Shown: positions 25,531 to 38,096, counted from the stretch's first letter. The stretch is 64,000 nucleotides of DNA from Acholeplasma sp. (GCA_034006765.1 JAVESF010000003.1:34218-98217), one strand, 5' to 3'. The notes: generated by a model from the sequence alone, not told the origin. A program made the numbers and translations.

Positions 25531-26124
25531 ATGAAATATCCAGACAGTTTTTTAAAACTGGTTGAAGATTTTAAAAAATTTCCTGGTATTGGTAAAAAAA
25601 GTGCTGAAAGGTTGGCATTATTTACAATTAGTCAGCTAGAAGAACAAGAAATTGATGCCTTTTCCACCCATTTAGTGGAAGCTAAGAAAAACATCACACA
25701 TTGTCCGATTTGTGGGGTGTTGATGGAACATACTTGCAGCATTTGTGAAGACGATCAGAGAGACAAAACAGCCATCATGGTAGTTTCTGATGAAAGGGAT
25801 GTGTTTGTGTTAGAACGAAATCACATCTTTCATGGACAATACCATGTTTTAGGTGGCTCTATTGATTTTTCTCGAGGCATTCAAGCAGAGGATTTAAACA
25901 TTGATAGTTTGTTTAAACGTCTTCAAGGTGTTAAAGAAGTTATTTTATCACTTTCTGGCACTGTTGAAGGCGAACTAACCGCACAATACATAAAAGAACT
26001 GTTGAAGCAGTATCCACTATCCGTTTCACGCATAGCCTATGGTATTCCTGTTGGGGCGGATTTAAGTTATGCAGATGATCAAACACTCGAAAGAGCGCTT
26101 AATAATAGATTAAAGTATGAATAG
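25531..26124 (+). CDS. recR: recombination protein RecR
   Basis: HhH N-terminus (FPGIGKKSAERLA), Cys4 zinc finger (CPICG...CSIC), Toprim domain. Confidence 0.95.
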   Translation: MKYPDSFLKLVEDFKKFPGIGKKSAERLALFTISQLEEQEIDAFSTHLVEAKKNITHCPICGVLMEHTCSICEDDQRDKTAIMVVSDERDVFVLERNHIFHGQYHVLGGSIDFSRGIQAEDLNIDSLFKRLQGVKEVILSLSGTVEGELTAQYIKELLKQYPLSVSRIAYGIPVGADLSYADDQTLERALNNRLKYE

Positions 26125-26135
26125 AGGGTGATGAT

Positions 26136-26417
26136 GTGGAAGTATTAGATAGCATTTGGGCATTCATTAAAAATATGTTTGGAAGCTTTGATAATTTCTT
26201 AGAAGAATTGGTGGATTTCGATAAATTGGCCATTGATTTTTACAACAATGTAATCATGCCATTTCCTGAATGGGTTAAAATACTGGGCACAATAGGCTTA
26301 GCCATTGTCCTTGTATTTGGAATATTGTCGATAGCGAAAAAAATGATGAAATTACTCATTTTAGTTGTCGTAATTTTAGCCATTGTCGTGCTAGCTCGTA
26401 TTTTTCTAATGTCATGA
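26136..26417 (+). CDS. small hypothetical membrane protein
   Basis: GTG start after GAGGGTG. Two hydrophobic helices. No recognisable motif. Confidence 0.45.
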   Translation: MEVLDSIWAFIKNMFGSFDNFLEELVDFDKLAIDFYNNVIMPFPEWVKILGTIGLAIVLVFGILSIAKKMMKLLILVVVILAIVVLARIFLMS

Positions 26418-26761
26418 AGTTAGTAATTACAACCGATAACGACCAAGAAACTTTTGAAGTAGCACACACCTATGAACCAGGGAAAATCACTTATAAAGAC
26501 CCTAATTCGGATGCTGTTGTAAGCGTCCATTTTAAATTAAACGAAGTGCTCATTCGTCGTGAAGGAGAAATTGTTTCTCAAGAACCCTTTTTACCTAACA
26601 TGACGACCATGGGTTTTTATAGACAAAACGAGATTACATTCAAGACAGTGATTAAAACCAAAAGTTTAATTGTGACTCAACAACAAATCAAAATTGAGTA
26701 TGAACACAATATCGAAGGCGTTAAGACGGACAAAACCCTGGATTTTACATTATTTATTTAA
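26414..26761 (+). CDS. hypothetical protein, possibly the DUF1934/YwiB-like beta-barrel protein found near rpoE in Bacilli
   Basis: 4-nt overlap with the upstream ORF. Size and position upstream of rpoE fit. The similarity call is weak. Confidence 0.45.
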   Translation: MKLVITTDNDQETFEVAHTYEPGKITYKDPNSDAVVSVHFKLNEVLIRREGEIVSQEPFLPNMTTMGFYRQNEITFKTVIKTKSLIVTQQQIKIEYEHNIEGVKTDKTLDFTLFI

Positions 26762-26766
26762 AAGTC

Positions 26767-26795
26767 TTGCAAAAAAGGGCTCAATCGTATACAAT
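26767..26795 (+). promoter_or_regulatory. candidate sigma-A promoter of rpoE
   Basis: -35 TTGCAA (26767-26772), 17-nt spacer, -10 TACAAT (26790-26795). Confidence 0.5.
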
Positions 26796-26819
26796 AATAT
26801 AGTATTTTAGGAGGAAACT

Positions 26820-27368
26820 ATGGCTAAACAATCTTATGTAAACAAATCCATGGTTGAAATTGCTGAAGAGATTATCAGATCAGAAGGCAAGAAGAATATC
26901 TACGATTTAATGGATCAAGTAGTAGCTTTAAAAGAGATGACTACTGAAGATTCTGAAAAAATGGCACAATTTTATATCGATATGACGTTGTCAGCAAAAT
27001 TTGTTTTTTGTGGCAATGATGAATGGGATTTAAAAGAAAACAATTTAGAGCTTTGGGATAAAGACGGTTCTTACTTTAACACAACAGAAGAGTTGGAAGA
27101 AGAAGAGGACGATACATTAACTGTAGAAGACTATTATATTCCTGAAGAAGAAGAACTAGAATTAGACGATGAAGATGAAGAAGAATCTGAAGATGAAGAT
27201 GATGACATCATCATTATTGATGAAGATGCATTGATCTTAACGGATGATGACGATGAGATTAAACCTACTAAGGTTAAGTACATCGACGAGGATGATGACG
27301 ATTTAGACTTTGATGATGAAGACTATAACGAAATCATGGACGATTACGAAGACATGTACGATAAGTAA
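26820..27368 (+). CDS. rpoE: DNA-directed RNA polymerase delta subunit
   Basis: HARE-HTH-like N-terminal domain followed by a roughly 100-aa poly-Asp/Glu tail. Conserved rpoE-pyrG linkage. Confidence 0.85.
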   Translation: MAKQSYVNKSMVEIAEEIIRSEGKKNIYDLMDQVVALKEMTTEDSEKMAQFYIDMTLSAKFVFCGNDEWDLKENNLELWDKDGSYFNTTEELEEEEDDTLTVEDYYIPEEEELELDDEDEEESEDEDDDIIIIDEDALILTDDDDEIKPTKVKYIDEDDDDLDFDDEDYNEIMDDYEDMYDK

Positions 27369-27376
27369 TATTCGTA

Positions 27377-29089
<1,713 letters not shown>

Positions 29090-29092
<3 letters not shown>

Positions 29093-29144
29093 TAAGCGTT
29101 TACATCACTAATTAATTGTAAATTAATGATATAAAGCGTATAAT
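29090..29144 (+). promoter_or_regulatory. candidate fba promoter with an upstream cre/LacI-like element
   Basis: TGATAAGCGTTTACA at 29090-29104 contains AGCGTTTACA. -35 TTGTAA (29116-29121), 17-nt spacer, -10 TATAAT (29139-29144). Confidence 0.5.
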
Positions 29145-29182
29145 ACAATTGGAAATATTAATATATCAAGGAGGACTTATTC

Positions 29183-30052
29183 ATGGCTTTAGTTTCAGCA
29201 AAAGAAATGTTATTGAAGGCTAGAGATGGTGGTTACGGTGTAGCACAAATCAACATCAACAACCTTGAATGGACAAAAGCAACGCTTCAAGTTGCACAAG
29301 AATTACAATCACCAATTATCTTAGGGGTATCTGAAGGTGCCGCTAAATATATGGGCGGCTATCGTTTAGTTATGGCGATGGTTAAGGAATTACATGACGC
29401 TATGGGCATCACAGTACCAGTAGCAGTACATTTAGACCACGGTTCATATGAAGGGGCATACAAGGCTTTAGAAGCTGGATTCACTTCAATTATGTTTGAT
29501 GGTTCTCATTACTCAATCGAAGAAAACGTAGCTAAGACAAAAGAAATCGTTGAAGCATGTCATGCTAAAGGCGTTTCAGTTGAAGCAGAAGTTGGTTCAA
29601 TTGGTGGAGAAGAAGACGGTGTAGTAGGCGCTGGTGAATTAGCAGACCCAGAAGAATGTCGTTTAATCGCATCTTTAGGTGTTGATTTATTTGCAGCAGG
29701 TATTGGTAATATTCACGGCAAATATCCTGCAAACTGGAAAGGCTTAGACTTTGATGTTCTAAAGGCTGTACAAGACGCAACTAACCGTGTACCTTTAGTA
29801 TTACATGGTGGTACAGGTATTCCAGCTGAAATGGTTCAAAAAGCAATTTCATTAGGTGTATCAAAAATTAATGTAAACACCGAATTACAATTAGTATTTG
29901 CAGCGGCAACTAGAAAATACATCGAAGCTGGGAAAGATTTAGAAGGTAAAGGATTTGACCCTCGCAAACTATTAGCACCTGGTGTAGAAGCAATCAAAGC
30001 GATTGTTAAAGAAAAATTAACTATGTTCGGTTCTGTTGGCAAAGCTAACTAA
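29183..30052 (+). CDS. fba: fructose-bisphosphate aldolase, class II
   Basis: VHLDHGS metal-binding motif and LVLHGGTGIP. Size 289 aa. AAGGAGG RBS. Confidence 0.95.
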   Translation: MALVSAKEMLLKARDGGYGVAQININNLEWTKATLQVAQELQSPIILGVSEGAAKYMGGYRLVMAMVKELHDAMGITVPVAVHLDHGSYEGAYKALEAGFTSIMFDGSHYSIEENVAKTKEIVEACHAKGVSVEAEVGSIGGEEDGVVGAGELADPEECRLIASLGVDLFAAGIGNIHGKYPANWKGLDFDVLKAVQDATNRVPLVLHGGTGIPAEMVQKAISLGVSKINVNTELQLVFAAATRKYIEAGKDLEGKGFDPRKLLAPGVEAIKAIVKEKLTMFGSVGKAN

Positions 30053-30064
30053 TCATTCAATTAA

Positions 30065-30091
30065 GACATCTCTATTTTAGAGGTGTTTTTT
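30065..30091 (+). terminator. rho-independent terminator of fba
   Basis: Stem ACATCTCT with AGAGGTGT (one G-U pair), followed by TTTTTT. Confidence 0.8.
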
Positions 30092-30173
30092 CTTTCATAA
30101 TTCTATTATTATTGTAAAAGTATTGATTCCTTTGGAATTATTTGTATAATTATAGTAAGTTGGAGGTGTTAAA

Positions 30174-30725
30174 ATGAATGATACACTATTTCACGATTAT
30201 GCCAACTGGATTTTAGAATCCAGTGATTTGGTAGAAGCCTTGAAAGCGAAAAACTCAATGATTACTGAACGTTTTAAACATGTATTAGATGTACTTGAGT
30301 TTTTATACTCAAAGAAAATCGAACAGAAGGTTCTTCAAGCTGAAGAGTCAAACATATTTGAAACAGGATTTTATTATGTATTTGATGCATTCGAAAATAT
30401 TAAGCTCGTGTTGGAACATGATTATAAGGGTAATATCAACGAATTGGATTTACATGCCAAAACTGTTATTTTACTATTAGACACATTAGATTTTCAAAAT
30501 GAACTGATTGGGGCTATCGAAGAACCAAATGAAGCACATATGCAATCATTAATTGATATTGAGCATGAAATTCTTTCTGTATTAGAAAAAAAAGAAGATG
30601 CGCCAGTTGAGTTACATCATAAACTCGATCATGTCACAGAAGGCATATACAAGGAATTATCGTTAGATTTTTATCCGATAGGCAATATTTTCTTTGATAT
30701 CGCGGATGAACTTGGGTTATTATGA
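30174..30725 (+). CDS. hypothetical cytoplasmic protein, acidic and predicted helical
   Basis: GGAGGTG RBS. Ends in TGA directly before a terminator. No recognisable motif. Confidence 0.6.
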   Translation: MNDTLFHDYANWILESSDLVEALKAKNSMITERFKHVLDVLEFLYSKKIEQKVLQAEESNIFETGFYYVFDAFENIKLVLEHDYKGNINELDLHAKTVILLLDTLDFQNELIGAIEEPNEAHMQSLIDIEHEILSVLEKKEDAPVELHHKLDHVTEGIYKELSLDFYPIGNIFFDIADELGLL

Positions 30726-30750
30726 AACACACGTTAGTGTGTTTTTTTTT
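30725..30750 (+). terminator. rho-independent terminator
   Basis: Stem AAACACAC with GTGTGTTT, loop GTTA, then a 9-nt T-run. Confidence 0.85.
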
Positions 30751-30760
30751 CGGTAAAATT

Positions 30761-30791
30761 AAAAAAAATCACTCTTTTATGAGTGATTTTT
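30761..30791 (-). terminator. rho-independent terminator of lysS; the hairpin is usable in both directions
   Basis: Stem ATCACTC (30768-30774) with GAGTGAT (30781-30787). On the minus strand it is followed by an 8-nt T-run. Confidence 0.7.
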
Positions 30792-30795
30792 ACGA

Positions 30796-32292
30796 TTATT
30801 TGGTTTCTGGTTTGTGTTTCATATGTGGGAAAAGAATAACGTCTCTGATGTTTTGTACATTGCAGATTAACATGATGAAACGGTCAATACCAATCCCTAG
30901 TCCACCTGAAGGTGGCATGCCGTATTCTAAAGCTTCTACGAAGTCAATATCCATTTCAGTTGCTTCATCGTTTCCAAGTTCTTTCTCTTTTAATTGATCT
31001 TCAAAGCGTTCTCTTTGATCGACTGGATCGTTTAACTCAGAGAATGCATTGGCATATTCTCTACCATCAATAAATAACTCAAATCGATCCGTGAATCGTG
31101 GGTTATTTACATTCTTTTTGGCAAGTGGCGATACTTCAATTGGATGTCCATACACAAAGGTTGGTTGTGTGATGGTATTTTCAACAAATTCATCAAAAAA
31201 CATTTGAATGATATGACCAACGCCGTAGTGTTTTTCAACTCTAATGCCTTTTTCTTTGGCAACTTTGTTGGCTGTTTCCAAATCTTCAATTTGCCAGAAA
31301 TCAACACCTGTGATGTCTTTAATAGCATCTACCATATGAACTCTTGCCCATTTTGGAGCCATACTAATTTCATTTTCACCATATTTGATGTCATAGGTAC
31401 CTAATACATTGTAAGTGACCGTTGACATAGCATCTTCAACTAAGTCCATCATCCCTTCCATGTCAGAATAAGCCAAGTATGCTTCGATGGTTGTGAATTC
31501 TGGGTTATGTTTAGGAGACATGCCTTCGTTTCTAAAGAGTCTTCCGATTTCATAGACTGCTTCTAATCCCCCAACAATCAATCGTTTTAAAGGTAACTCA
31601 GTCGCAATTCTTAAATAAAACGGCATATCAAGTGTGTTATGATGTGTAACGAATGGACGTGCAGCAGCGCCTCCTAAAATAGGATGTAAAACAGGGGTTT
31701 CAACTTCTATAAAACCTCTACCATCAAAATACTTTTGAATTTCTCTGATGATTCTAGGGCGTAACATTGCGATTCTTCGAGATTCTTCATTTACAATCAA
31801 ATCTACGTAACGTCTGCGTCTTGCTTCTTCGATATCTTGAAGTCCGTGAAATTTGTCGGGAAGGGGTCTTAACGCTTTGGTCAAGTGTGTGTATTCGGTT
31901 GCTTTAACAGATAATTCATCTGTTTTGGTTCTGAAAACAATGCCCTTAACGCCGATGATATCGCCTAAGTCGCCTTTAACAAAAATATCAAAAGCTTCAT
32001 CACCAACGGTGTCTTTTCTGACGTAGACTTGGATGTTAGAATCTCTGTCTTGTAGTTGTAAGAAACCGGCCTTACCTTGCCCACGTTTACGAATAATTCT
32101 ACCGGCAATTACCACTTCAACATGCATCTGTTCAAGCTGGTCATGGTTAAATGATTCATAGCGATTTCTAATGTCTAAAGTAGTGTTTTTTCTATCAAAT
32201 TTAGAACCAAATGGATCAATCCCTTTAGCTCTGAGTTCATTCATTTTTTCGCGTCTAATGCGTTCTTGTTCGGTTAATTCTAGATAATCCAT
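30796..32292 (-). CDS. lysS: lysine--tRNA ligase, class II
   Basis: N-terminal OB anticodon-binding domain and class II motifs (FRNEG..., GGLGIGIDR). Start trimmed to MDYLELTEQE (ATG 32292, AGGAGG RBS). Confidence 0.95.
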   Translation of the reverse strand: MDYLELTEQERIRREKMNELRAKGIDPFGSKFDRKNTTLDIRNRYESFNHDQLEQMHVEVVIAGRIIRKRGQGKAGFLQLQDRDSNIQVYVRKDTVGDEAFDIFVKGDLGDIIGVKGIVFRTKTDELSVKATEYTHLTKALRPLPDKFHGLQDIEEARRRRYVDLIVNEESRRIAMLRPRIIREIQKYFDGRGFIEVETPVLHPILGGAAARPFVTHHNTLDMPFYLRIATELPLKRLIVGGLEAVYEIGRLFRNEGMSPKHNPEFTTIEAYLAYSDMEGMMDLVEDAMSTVTYNVLGTYDIKYGENEISMAPKWARVHMVDAIKDITGVDFWQIEDLETANKVAKEKGIRVEKHYGVGHIIQMFFDEFVENTITQPTFVYGHPIEVSPLAKKNVNNPRFTDRFELFIDGREYANAFSELNDPVDQRERFEDQLKEKELGNDEATEMDIDFVEALEYGMPPSGGLGIGIDRFIMLICNVQNIRDVILFPHMKHKPETK

Positions 32293-32356
32293 ATCGTTTC
32301 CTCCTAAAAATGCATATCTATTATACATGATACTTAATAAAAAAGCCATAACGAGG

Positions 32357-32611
32357 TTATGACTTTTTAACTTCACTAATGAGTTCAAACATCATTTCAT
32401 CACTATTTCTTTTTGGTAATTCGGTTTGAATCACTTTGACAGTTAATATTTTTATGCCAAAATGCAACTCAATGATGTCGTTAGGTTTGAGACTGGTAGA
32501 AGGTTTTGCAAGTTTGTTGTTGACTAAAATCAAATCAGCAAGGGCAGCATCTTTGGCAACTGTTCTTCGCTTAATGATCCTTGAGACTTTTAAAAACTTA
32601 TCAAGCCTCAT
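32357..32611 (-). CDS. rqcP: S4-domain RNA-binding protein, YabO/RqcP (Hsp15-like)
   Basis: [23 protein letters not shown] is near-identical in pattern to the Bacillus YabO N-terminus. Size 84 aa. Confidence 0.8.
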   Translation of the reverse strand: MRLDKFLKVSRIIKRRTVAKDAALADLILVNNKLAKPSTSLKPNDIIELHFGIKILTVKVIQTELPKRNSDEMMFELISEVKKS

Positions 32612-34559
32612 TGTTAGATTTGATAAGAGGGGAATCGTTATTTTGATCTAAAGGATTATCCTCTTCAATAGGTTCATTTTTACGTTGTTCCCACCAACCA
32701 AGTTTTCCAGTTGAAACAATTTCATCAATATCTTGTTTGTTAAGGGTTTCAACTTCGAGTAAATAGTTGGTAATTGTGTCAAGTAACCCTCTGTGTTCGA
32801 TTAATAGTGATTTGGCTTTTTCGTAACAACCAGTGATGATTTCTCTCACTTCTTTGTCGATTTCTAACGCAACTTGGTCAGAGAAGTTCTTTTCTTTTAG
32901 ATAATCTCTACCTAGGAAAACAGAGCCAGTATTAGATTCGTATTGGATAGGACCTAAGTTTGACATTCCGAACTCGGTAACCATGGCTCTTGCGATTTTG
33001 GTTGCAGTTTGGAAGTCTTGATAAGCACCAGTGGTAACATCACCAAAGATTAACTCTTCTGCGACTCTTCCCCCAAGTAACCCTGTGATTCTTGCGAGTA
33101 ACGCGCTCTTGCTTTCTAAATAGGATTCGTCTTCAGGCAACATTAAGTTATAACCACCAGCTTTACCGCGTGCGATGATCGTTACTTTTTGAACGATGTT
33201 TGCGTGTGCAAGTTTAATACCGATGACCGCATGTCCAGCTTCGTGATAAGAAATGACTTTTCGCTCATGCTCTGTAACTTTTCTTGAACGTTTAGCAGGC
33301 CCCATCATTACTCTATCGACAGCCTCATCTATGTCAGGCAGTTCGATTACTTTGCGGTTTGCTCTTGCGGCCAGTAAAGCGGCTTCGTTTAATAGATTTT
33401 CAATATCAGCGCCTGAGAATCCTGGAATTCTATGAGCAACATCTTCGAACTTAACATTCGGAGATACTTTTTTATTTCTAGCATGTACTTTTAAGATGGC
33501 TTCTCTACCGATAACATCTGGTAAATCAATGGTGATTTGTCTATCGAAACGTCCTGGTCTTAATAAGGCAGGATCTAATACATCTGGTCGGTTAGTAGCA
33601 GCCATAATGATGATGCCTAGGTTTGGATTAAATCCGTCCATTTCAACTAATAATTGGTTCAGTGTTTGTTCACGTTCATCGTGACCGCCACCCATACCAG
33701 CACCTCTTTGTCTACCTACAGCATCAATTTCATCGATGAAGATGATACAAGGGGCACTTTCTTTGGCAACTTTGAATAAATCTCTTACTCTAGATGCACC
33801 CACCCCAACAAACATTTCAACAAAGTCAGAGCCTGAGATTGAGAAGAATGGGACAGAAGCCTCACCAGCAACCGCCTTAGCTAGAAGGGTTTTACCAGTA
33901 CCTGGAGAACCTACTAAGAGAATACCTTTAGGAATTCTCGCACCCATTTCTTTATACTTTCGTGGGTATTTCAAAAAGTCAATGACTTCAACAAGTTCCT
34001 CTTTTTCCTCATCACAACCTGCAACGTCTTTAAACGTAACAAGTTTTGAGTTAGATAATTTAGCTCTAGATTTAGAGAATTCAAAGGCTTTGTTGTTTCC
34101 ACCGCCACCCATTGAACGAAATAATATAACAACCAATATAATCACTAAACCGATAGGAAAAATGATGTTTATCAAAACGCTAAAGAATGTAATGGTTGAT
34201 TTTTCAACATACTTCAATTTGATATTGTCAGAAGGCTCGATTTGATTGATGATATCATTCAAAGCAGGCATGAATATTTCAAATTGATATTGAACGCCTT
34301 CACTATCTGAAATGGTAACTTTGTAGGTATTTGCGTCCTCGCCACCAATTGGCGTATACTTGATGGTCATGCCCGAAAATTCATCATTTTGTAGTTTAGT
34401 TTCAAATTGACTTGGGGTAAGTGTATCAGGGGCATTTGGTTTAAATAGGTTTTGTAAGAAGAAGAAACTACCAAATAGAATGATGGCAAATAAAATATAA
34501 ATACCAAAATTCATCGCGGGTTTCTTTGGCGTTACTGGTTTTTTGTTTGGTTCTTGCAT
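32601..34559 (-). CDS. ftsH: ATP-dependent zinc metalloprotease FtsH
   Basis: Two N-terminal TM helices, Walker [12 protein letters not shown] region, zinc motif HEAGH. Confidence 0.95.
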   Translation of the reverse strand: MQEPNKKPVTPKKPAMNFGIYILFAIILFGSFFFLQNLFKPNAPDTLTPSQFETKLQNDEFSGMTIKYTPIGGEDANTYKVTISDSEGVQYQFEIFMPALNDIINQIEPSDNIKLKYVEKSTITFFSVLINIIFPIGLVIILVVILFRSMGGGGNNKAFEFSKSRAKLSNSKLVTFKDVAGCDEEKEELVEVIDFLKYPRKYKEMGARIPKGILLVGSPGTGKTLLAKAVAGEASVPFFSISGSDFVEMFVGVGASRVRDLFKVAKESAPCIIFIDEIDAVGRQRGAGMGGGHDEREQTLNQLLVEMDGFNPNLGIIIMAATNRPDVLDPALLRPGRFDRQITIDLPDVIGREAILKVHARNKKVSPNVKFEDVAHRIPGFSGADIENLLNEAALLAARANRKVIELPDIDEAVDRVMMGPAKRSRKVTEHERKVISYHEAGHAVIGIKLAHANIVQKVTIIARGKAGGYNLMLPEDESYLESKSALLARITGLLGGRVAEELIFGDVTTGAYQDFQTATKIARAMVTEFGMSNLGPIQYESNTGSVFLGRDYLKEKNFSDQVALEIDKEVREIITGCYEKAKSLLIEHRGLLDTITNYLLEVETLNKQDIDEIVSTGKLGWWEQRKNEPIEEDNPLDQNNDSPLIKSNNEA

Positions 34560-34571
34560 GTGTGGTCCTCA

Positions 34572-35117
34572 CTATTTCTTATATATTTCTTGTTTTAGAA
34601 TGCCAACATAAGGCAAATTTCTATAAAGCTCATCATAATCAAGTCCATACCCTACTACAAAGGCTTTCGGTATGGTTACACCAATATATTTAGGTGTAAA
34701 GGGTATGATTCTACCGGCTGGCTTGTCTAAGAGTGTAACGACTTCAACGGAGTTTGCGCCACGATGGGTTAACAATTTGACAATGGTATCAAGTGTCTTG
34801 CCTGTATCTACGATATCTTCAGCAATTAAAATGTCTCTACCGGCAACAGAAGTGTTCATATCTTTTCTGATTTTTACATCTCCAGATGAAGTGATAGTGC
34901 CATGATAACTAGACACATCCATGTATTCGATTTCTATTTTCAAATCGATGTGTTTAGCTAAATCACTCATGAAAGGGACACACCCTTTTAAAAGACCTAA
35001 TAAAATAGGTCGATTGACATGCTTGTAGTCTTCAGTAATCTGCTTACCAAGTTTGATGGTGATGTCATGGATTTGTGCTTCTGTGACTAAAATACTTTCG
35101 ATGTCTTTTTCTAACAT
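34572..35117 (-). CDS. hpt: hypoxanthine phosphoribosyltransferase
   Basis: PRPP motif ILIAEDIVDTGKTL. Conserved tilS-hpt-ftsH order. Confidence 0.9.
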   Translation of the reverse strand: MLEKDIESILVTEAQIHDITIKLGKQITEDYKHVNRPILLGLLKGCVPFMSDLAKHIDLKIEIEYMDVSSYHGTITSSGDVKIRKDMNTSVAGRDILIAEDIVDTGKTLDTIVKLLTHRGANSVEVVTLLDKPAGRIIPFTPKYIGVTIPKAFVVGYGLDYDELYRNLPYVGILKQEIYKK

Positions 35118-35118
35118 G

Positions 35119-36399
35119 TTAAAGCCCTCTCTTATAGCGTAGTTTGATGGTCTCAGTCAGGTCACTGCTTTTATTGTAGTAGCGTCCAAGGACAGCTAGA
35201 ATTCGATTGTTATTATCCGTGATTACAATGTCTTTGTTTCGTTGATCTATCGGAATTTTCTTATCAATATAATAGTCTTTTAACTTTTTATGTCCGTAAG
35301 GAAACTCTAACACATCGCCTGACTGTCTTTGCCTTGCCCATAATGGCAATGCTAATTTATTATAACATATATTTATTTCATAAATAGTCTTATTGCTGGT
35401 ATCAGTTAAAAATGTGACATAGCCCATATTTTCCAATACATTAAACGCTTCAAGGTTTAATGCTTGTCGAAATGAGGGCGTTTTGGTCAATTTGGTGATT
35501 GAAACTTTTTGATAATTTTTTTTGAAGCATAACTGATCTGTTAAGGTAAAAGTTTGATTAGGCCCAGCATCTAAGATAAATGACAGAATCGCTTTTATTT
35601 TTGATTGGTTAATTTCTAAGTCGTTTTGTTCTAATAGAGTGGCGATGATGTCCTTTTGTAAAAATTGATCTAGTTGCTTAAACGTCGATAAATCTATAAT
35701 GTTATTAGTGTGACTCAAATAGGATTTAGATTGTCCTCTGATATAGGAAAAGGCTTCAAATAGGTGATTGCTGTATTGGTAAACCTTCTTTAAAAATGAA
35801 GGATTTTCAGTAATAAGTGTTTCTACAACCAAGTGTCTATATCGATTTCTTGTATAGTCTAATGACTTGTTTGAGTCATCCTCGAAATAGACAATTTTTT
35901 CCTTGTTAGCATACTCATAAAGCGTTTTTTTAGGGATGCTTAAGAACGGTTTTAAGTAATGGAACCCGTTGGATGTTACATCATATTGTAAACCGCTGTA
36001 TCCAAATAAATTTGAACCTCTAGAAAGTTTCATTAAGACAGTTTCTGCTAAATCGTTTAAATGGTGAGCAGTCAAAATGAAGGGCGTATGATAAGATAGA
36101 GCTACTTTCTCAAGATAGTATCTCCGTTGCTTACGCGCTTCGTCTTGAAAGTTTTGTTCAGGGACCTCTAAGAGGATGTATTCGAGGGGTATATTATATA
36201 TTTTACAATAATTGATTAAGTAATTCGCTTCCTCCAAAGAAGCGTCCCGCTTTTGATGATTAAAGTGAACGACCACTAAATCGTGATCAAGTTGTCTCAA
36301 GGCATGTAAAAGAACCATGGAATCTACGCCCGTGGAAACTGATAAAACCAATCGAAATCCTTTTGTGTCATCCAGTTGTTTTAGTGCTTCAGTAATCAT
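35119..36399 (-). CDS. tilS: tRNA(Ile)-lysidine synthase
   Basis: PP-loop variant SVSTGVDS. Size and position upstream of hpt-ftsH fit. Confidence 0.85.
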   Translation of the reverse strand: MITEALKQLDDTKGFRLVLSVSTGVDSMVLLHALRQLDHDLVVVHFNHQKRDASLEEANYLINYCKIYNIPLEYILLEVPEQNFQDEARKQRRYYLEKVALSYHTPFILTAHHLNDLAETVLMKLSRGSNLFGYSGLQYDVTSNGFHYLKPFLSIPKKTLYEYANKEKIVYFEDDSNKSLDYTRNRYRHLVVETLITENPSFLKKVYQYSNHLFEAFSYIRGQSKSYLSHTNNIIDLSTFKQLDQFLQKDIIATLLEQNDLEINQSKIKAILSFILDAGPNQTFTLTDQLCFKKNYQKVSITKLTKTPSFRQALNLEAFNVLENMGYVTFLTDTSNKTIYEINICYNKLALPLWARQRQSGDVLEFPYGHKKLKDYYIDKKIPIDQRNKDIVITDNNNRILAVLGRYYNKSSDLTETIKLRYKRGL

Positions 36400-36501
36400 A
36401 ATAACCCTCTTTTACTTGTTAATTATATCATAATTCGTGTATTATTATTTCAGAGTCATAAAAATTGGTTTGTGATATAATGATTAAAATGGAGGTAAAA
36501 C

Positions 36502-37053
36502 ATGATTATATTAGCGAGTAATTCCCCACGTAGAAAAAAACTACTTGAAGATGCAGGTGTTGAGTTTAAGGTGGTTGCTCTAAATGTGGACGAAACAACC
36601 GAGGAAAAAATGAGACCAGACAAGTTGGTTACCTTTTTAGCTCGAAAAAAAGCTAAAGCTGTTTTTGACCTTCATAACGAGGACATTATTATCGCAGCTG
36701 ACACGGTTGTCGTTTACGAGGGAGACGTTTTGGGAAAACCGGTGGACGAGGATGATGCATATAGAATGCTAAAGATGCTATCAGGCAATCATCATGAAGT
36801 TTATACCGGCGTTTGTATCATGAGTAAAGACAAAGAAGTCTGTTTTAATACAATGGCCGAAGTTTGGATGAACCACTATAACGATTTGCAAATTTATGAG
36901 TACATTAAAACCAGAGAACCTATGGATAAAGCAGGCGCTTATGCGATTCAAGGGTTAGGCAAAGAATTGGTTTTACAATACAATGGAGATTTTTTCACCA
37001 TTGTGGGGTTACCACTGAAACAGTTATTGACAGAACTGAAAGCATTTAAATAA
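36502..37053 (+). CDS. maf: Maf-like nucleoside triphosphate pyrophosphatase
   Basis: ILASNSPRRKKLL N-terminus and AGAYAIQG motif. Confidence 0.9.
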   Translation: MIILASNSPRRKKLLEDAGVEFKVVALNVDETTEEKMRPDKLVTFLARKKAKAVFDLHNEDIIIAADTVVVYEGDVLGKPVDEDDAYRMLKMLSGNHHEVYTGVCIMSKDKEVCFNTMAEVWMNHYNDLQIYEYIKTREPMDKAGAYAIQGLGKELVLQYNGDFFTIVGLPLKQLLTELKAFK

Positions 37054-37055
37054 AA

Positions 37056-37091
37056 AAATATATGAGCCTTTTCACTCATATATTTTTTTTA
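37056..37091. terminator. bidirectional terminator between maf and hslO
   Basis: Stem ATATATGAG (37058-37066) with CTCATATAT (37075-37083), flanked by an A-run and an 8-nt T-run. Confidence 0.85.
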
Positions 37092-37122
37092 CCCTCGAAT
37101 CAACCCGTACAAAATAGTTGTT

Positions 37123-37998
37123 TTATAGCGTTTTAATCGCTTCTAATTCTGTGACATCAAAGTGGTATTTTTTATGGCAAAAGTGACAGACAATCTCTGC
37201 ACCTTTGTCTTCTTCAATCATGGAATCGATGGTTGCTTTATCGACTTTACTTAAAGAGACTTTGAACTTATCTTTTGAACAAGGACAATGATATTTGATA
37301 GATTGATTTCTCAAGATACTGTGCGTATGGTTTGAAAGCAAATCAAGGATATCTTCAGGCGTCAATCCAGATTCATAAAGGTCTGTGATTGCTTTAATGT
37401 TTGATAATACTTTTTCGATTTGAACAATGGTAGCCTCAGTCGCATTAGGCATCAATTGAATGATGAATCCACCTGCTTGTTTTATGGTTTGGTCAACGTC
37501 CACTAATACACCTAGGCCAACGGCGGAAGGCGTTTGTTCAGAAGAAGTAAAATAGTAAGTGAAGTCATCTCCGATTTCGCCTGTTTGCAGTTGTGTAGAC
37601 GAGGTAAACATATTTTTAAGCTTCAAGTCTTTTGTAACATGTAAAAAGCCGTTACCAACCGCTTTTCCTACTGCTAGTTTGCCAGCTTTTTCACCGCTAT
37701 TATAGGTTAGATAAACTTCAGGTTGTTTAATATCACCTCTAACCTCACCTTGTGAATTTGCCTCGGTAATCATATACCCAATTGGGCCATCTCCTTCAAT
37801 TCGGAGTGTAATGGTTTCTTCGTTTTTATACATTAACCCCATCATGGCAGATGCGGTTAAAAAACGACCTAAAGCTGCAGATGCTGTTGGCCAAGTGCCA
37901 TGTATTTGTCTGGCTTCTTCGGCCATTTTTTTTGAATAAGATACATAAATTCTAGCTTCGCCGTTGTAGGCTGTCGCTGTTAAGCAATAGTCTTTCAT
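37123..37998 (-). CDS. hslO: redox-regulated chaperone Hsp33
   Basis: C-terminal zinc centre CPCS...CHFC. Start trimmed to MKDYCLTA (ATG 37998, GAGGTG RBS). Confidence 0.9.
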   Translation of the reverse strand: MKDYCLTATAYNGEARIYVSYSKKMAEEARQIHGTWPTASAALGRFLTASAMMGLMYKNEETITLRIEGDGPIGYMITEANSQGEVRGDIKQPEVYLTYNSGEKAGKLAVGKAVGNGFLHVTKDLKLKNMFTSSTQLQTGEIGDDFTYYFTSSEQTPSAVGLGVLVDVDQTIKQAGGFIIQLMPNATEATIVQIEKVLSNIKAITDLYESGLTPEDILDLLSNHTHSILRNQSIKYHCPCSKDKFKVSLSKVDKATIDSMIEEDKGAEIVCHFCHKKYHFDVTELEAIKTL

Positions 37999-38096
37999 AT
38001 ATAACACCTCTAGAAAATATAATACCATAAGATACATCTTAGTTGATAATATTTGCGTATGTGATAAAATACACTTTGTGGAAGTAGGTTATAGAC

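Noticed and set aside
27090-27365. Highly repetitive GAT/GAA-rich DNA that looks like a tandem repeat.
   Set aside because: It is the acidic C-terminal tail of the RNA polymerase delta subunit, which is a normal feature of RpoE.
30722-30997. 91-aa + strand ORF spanning two terminators and the 3' end of lysS.
   Set aside because: It runs through two intrinsic terminator hairpins and overlaps the conserved lysS C-terminus on the other strand. There is no RBS.
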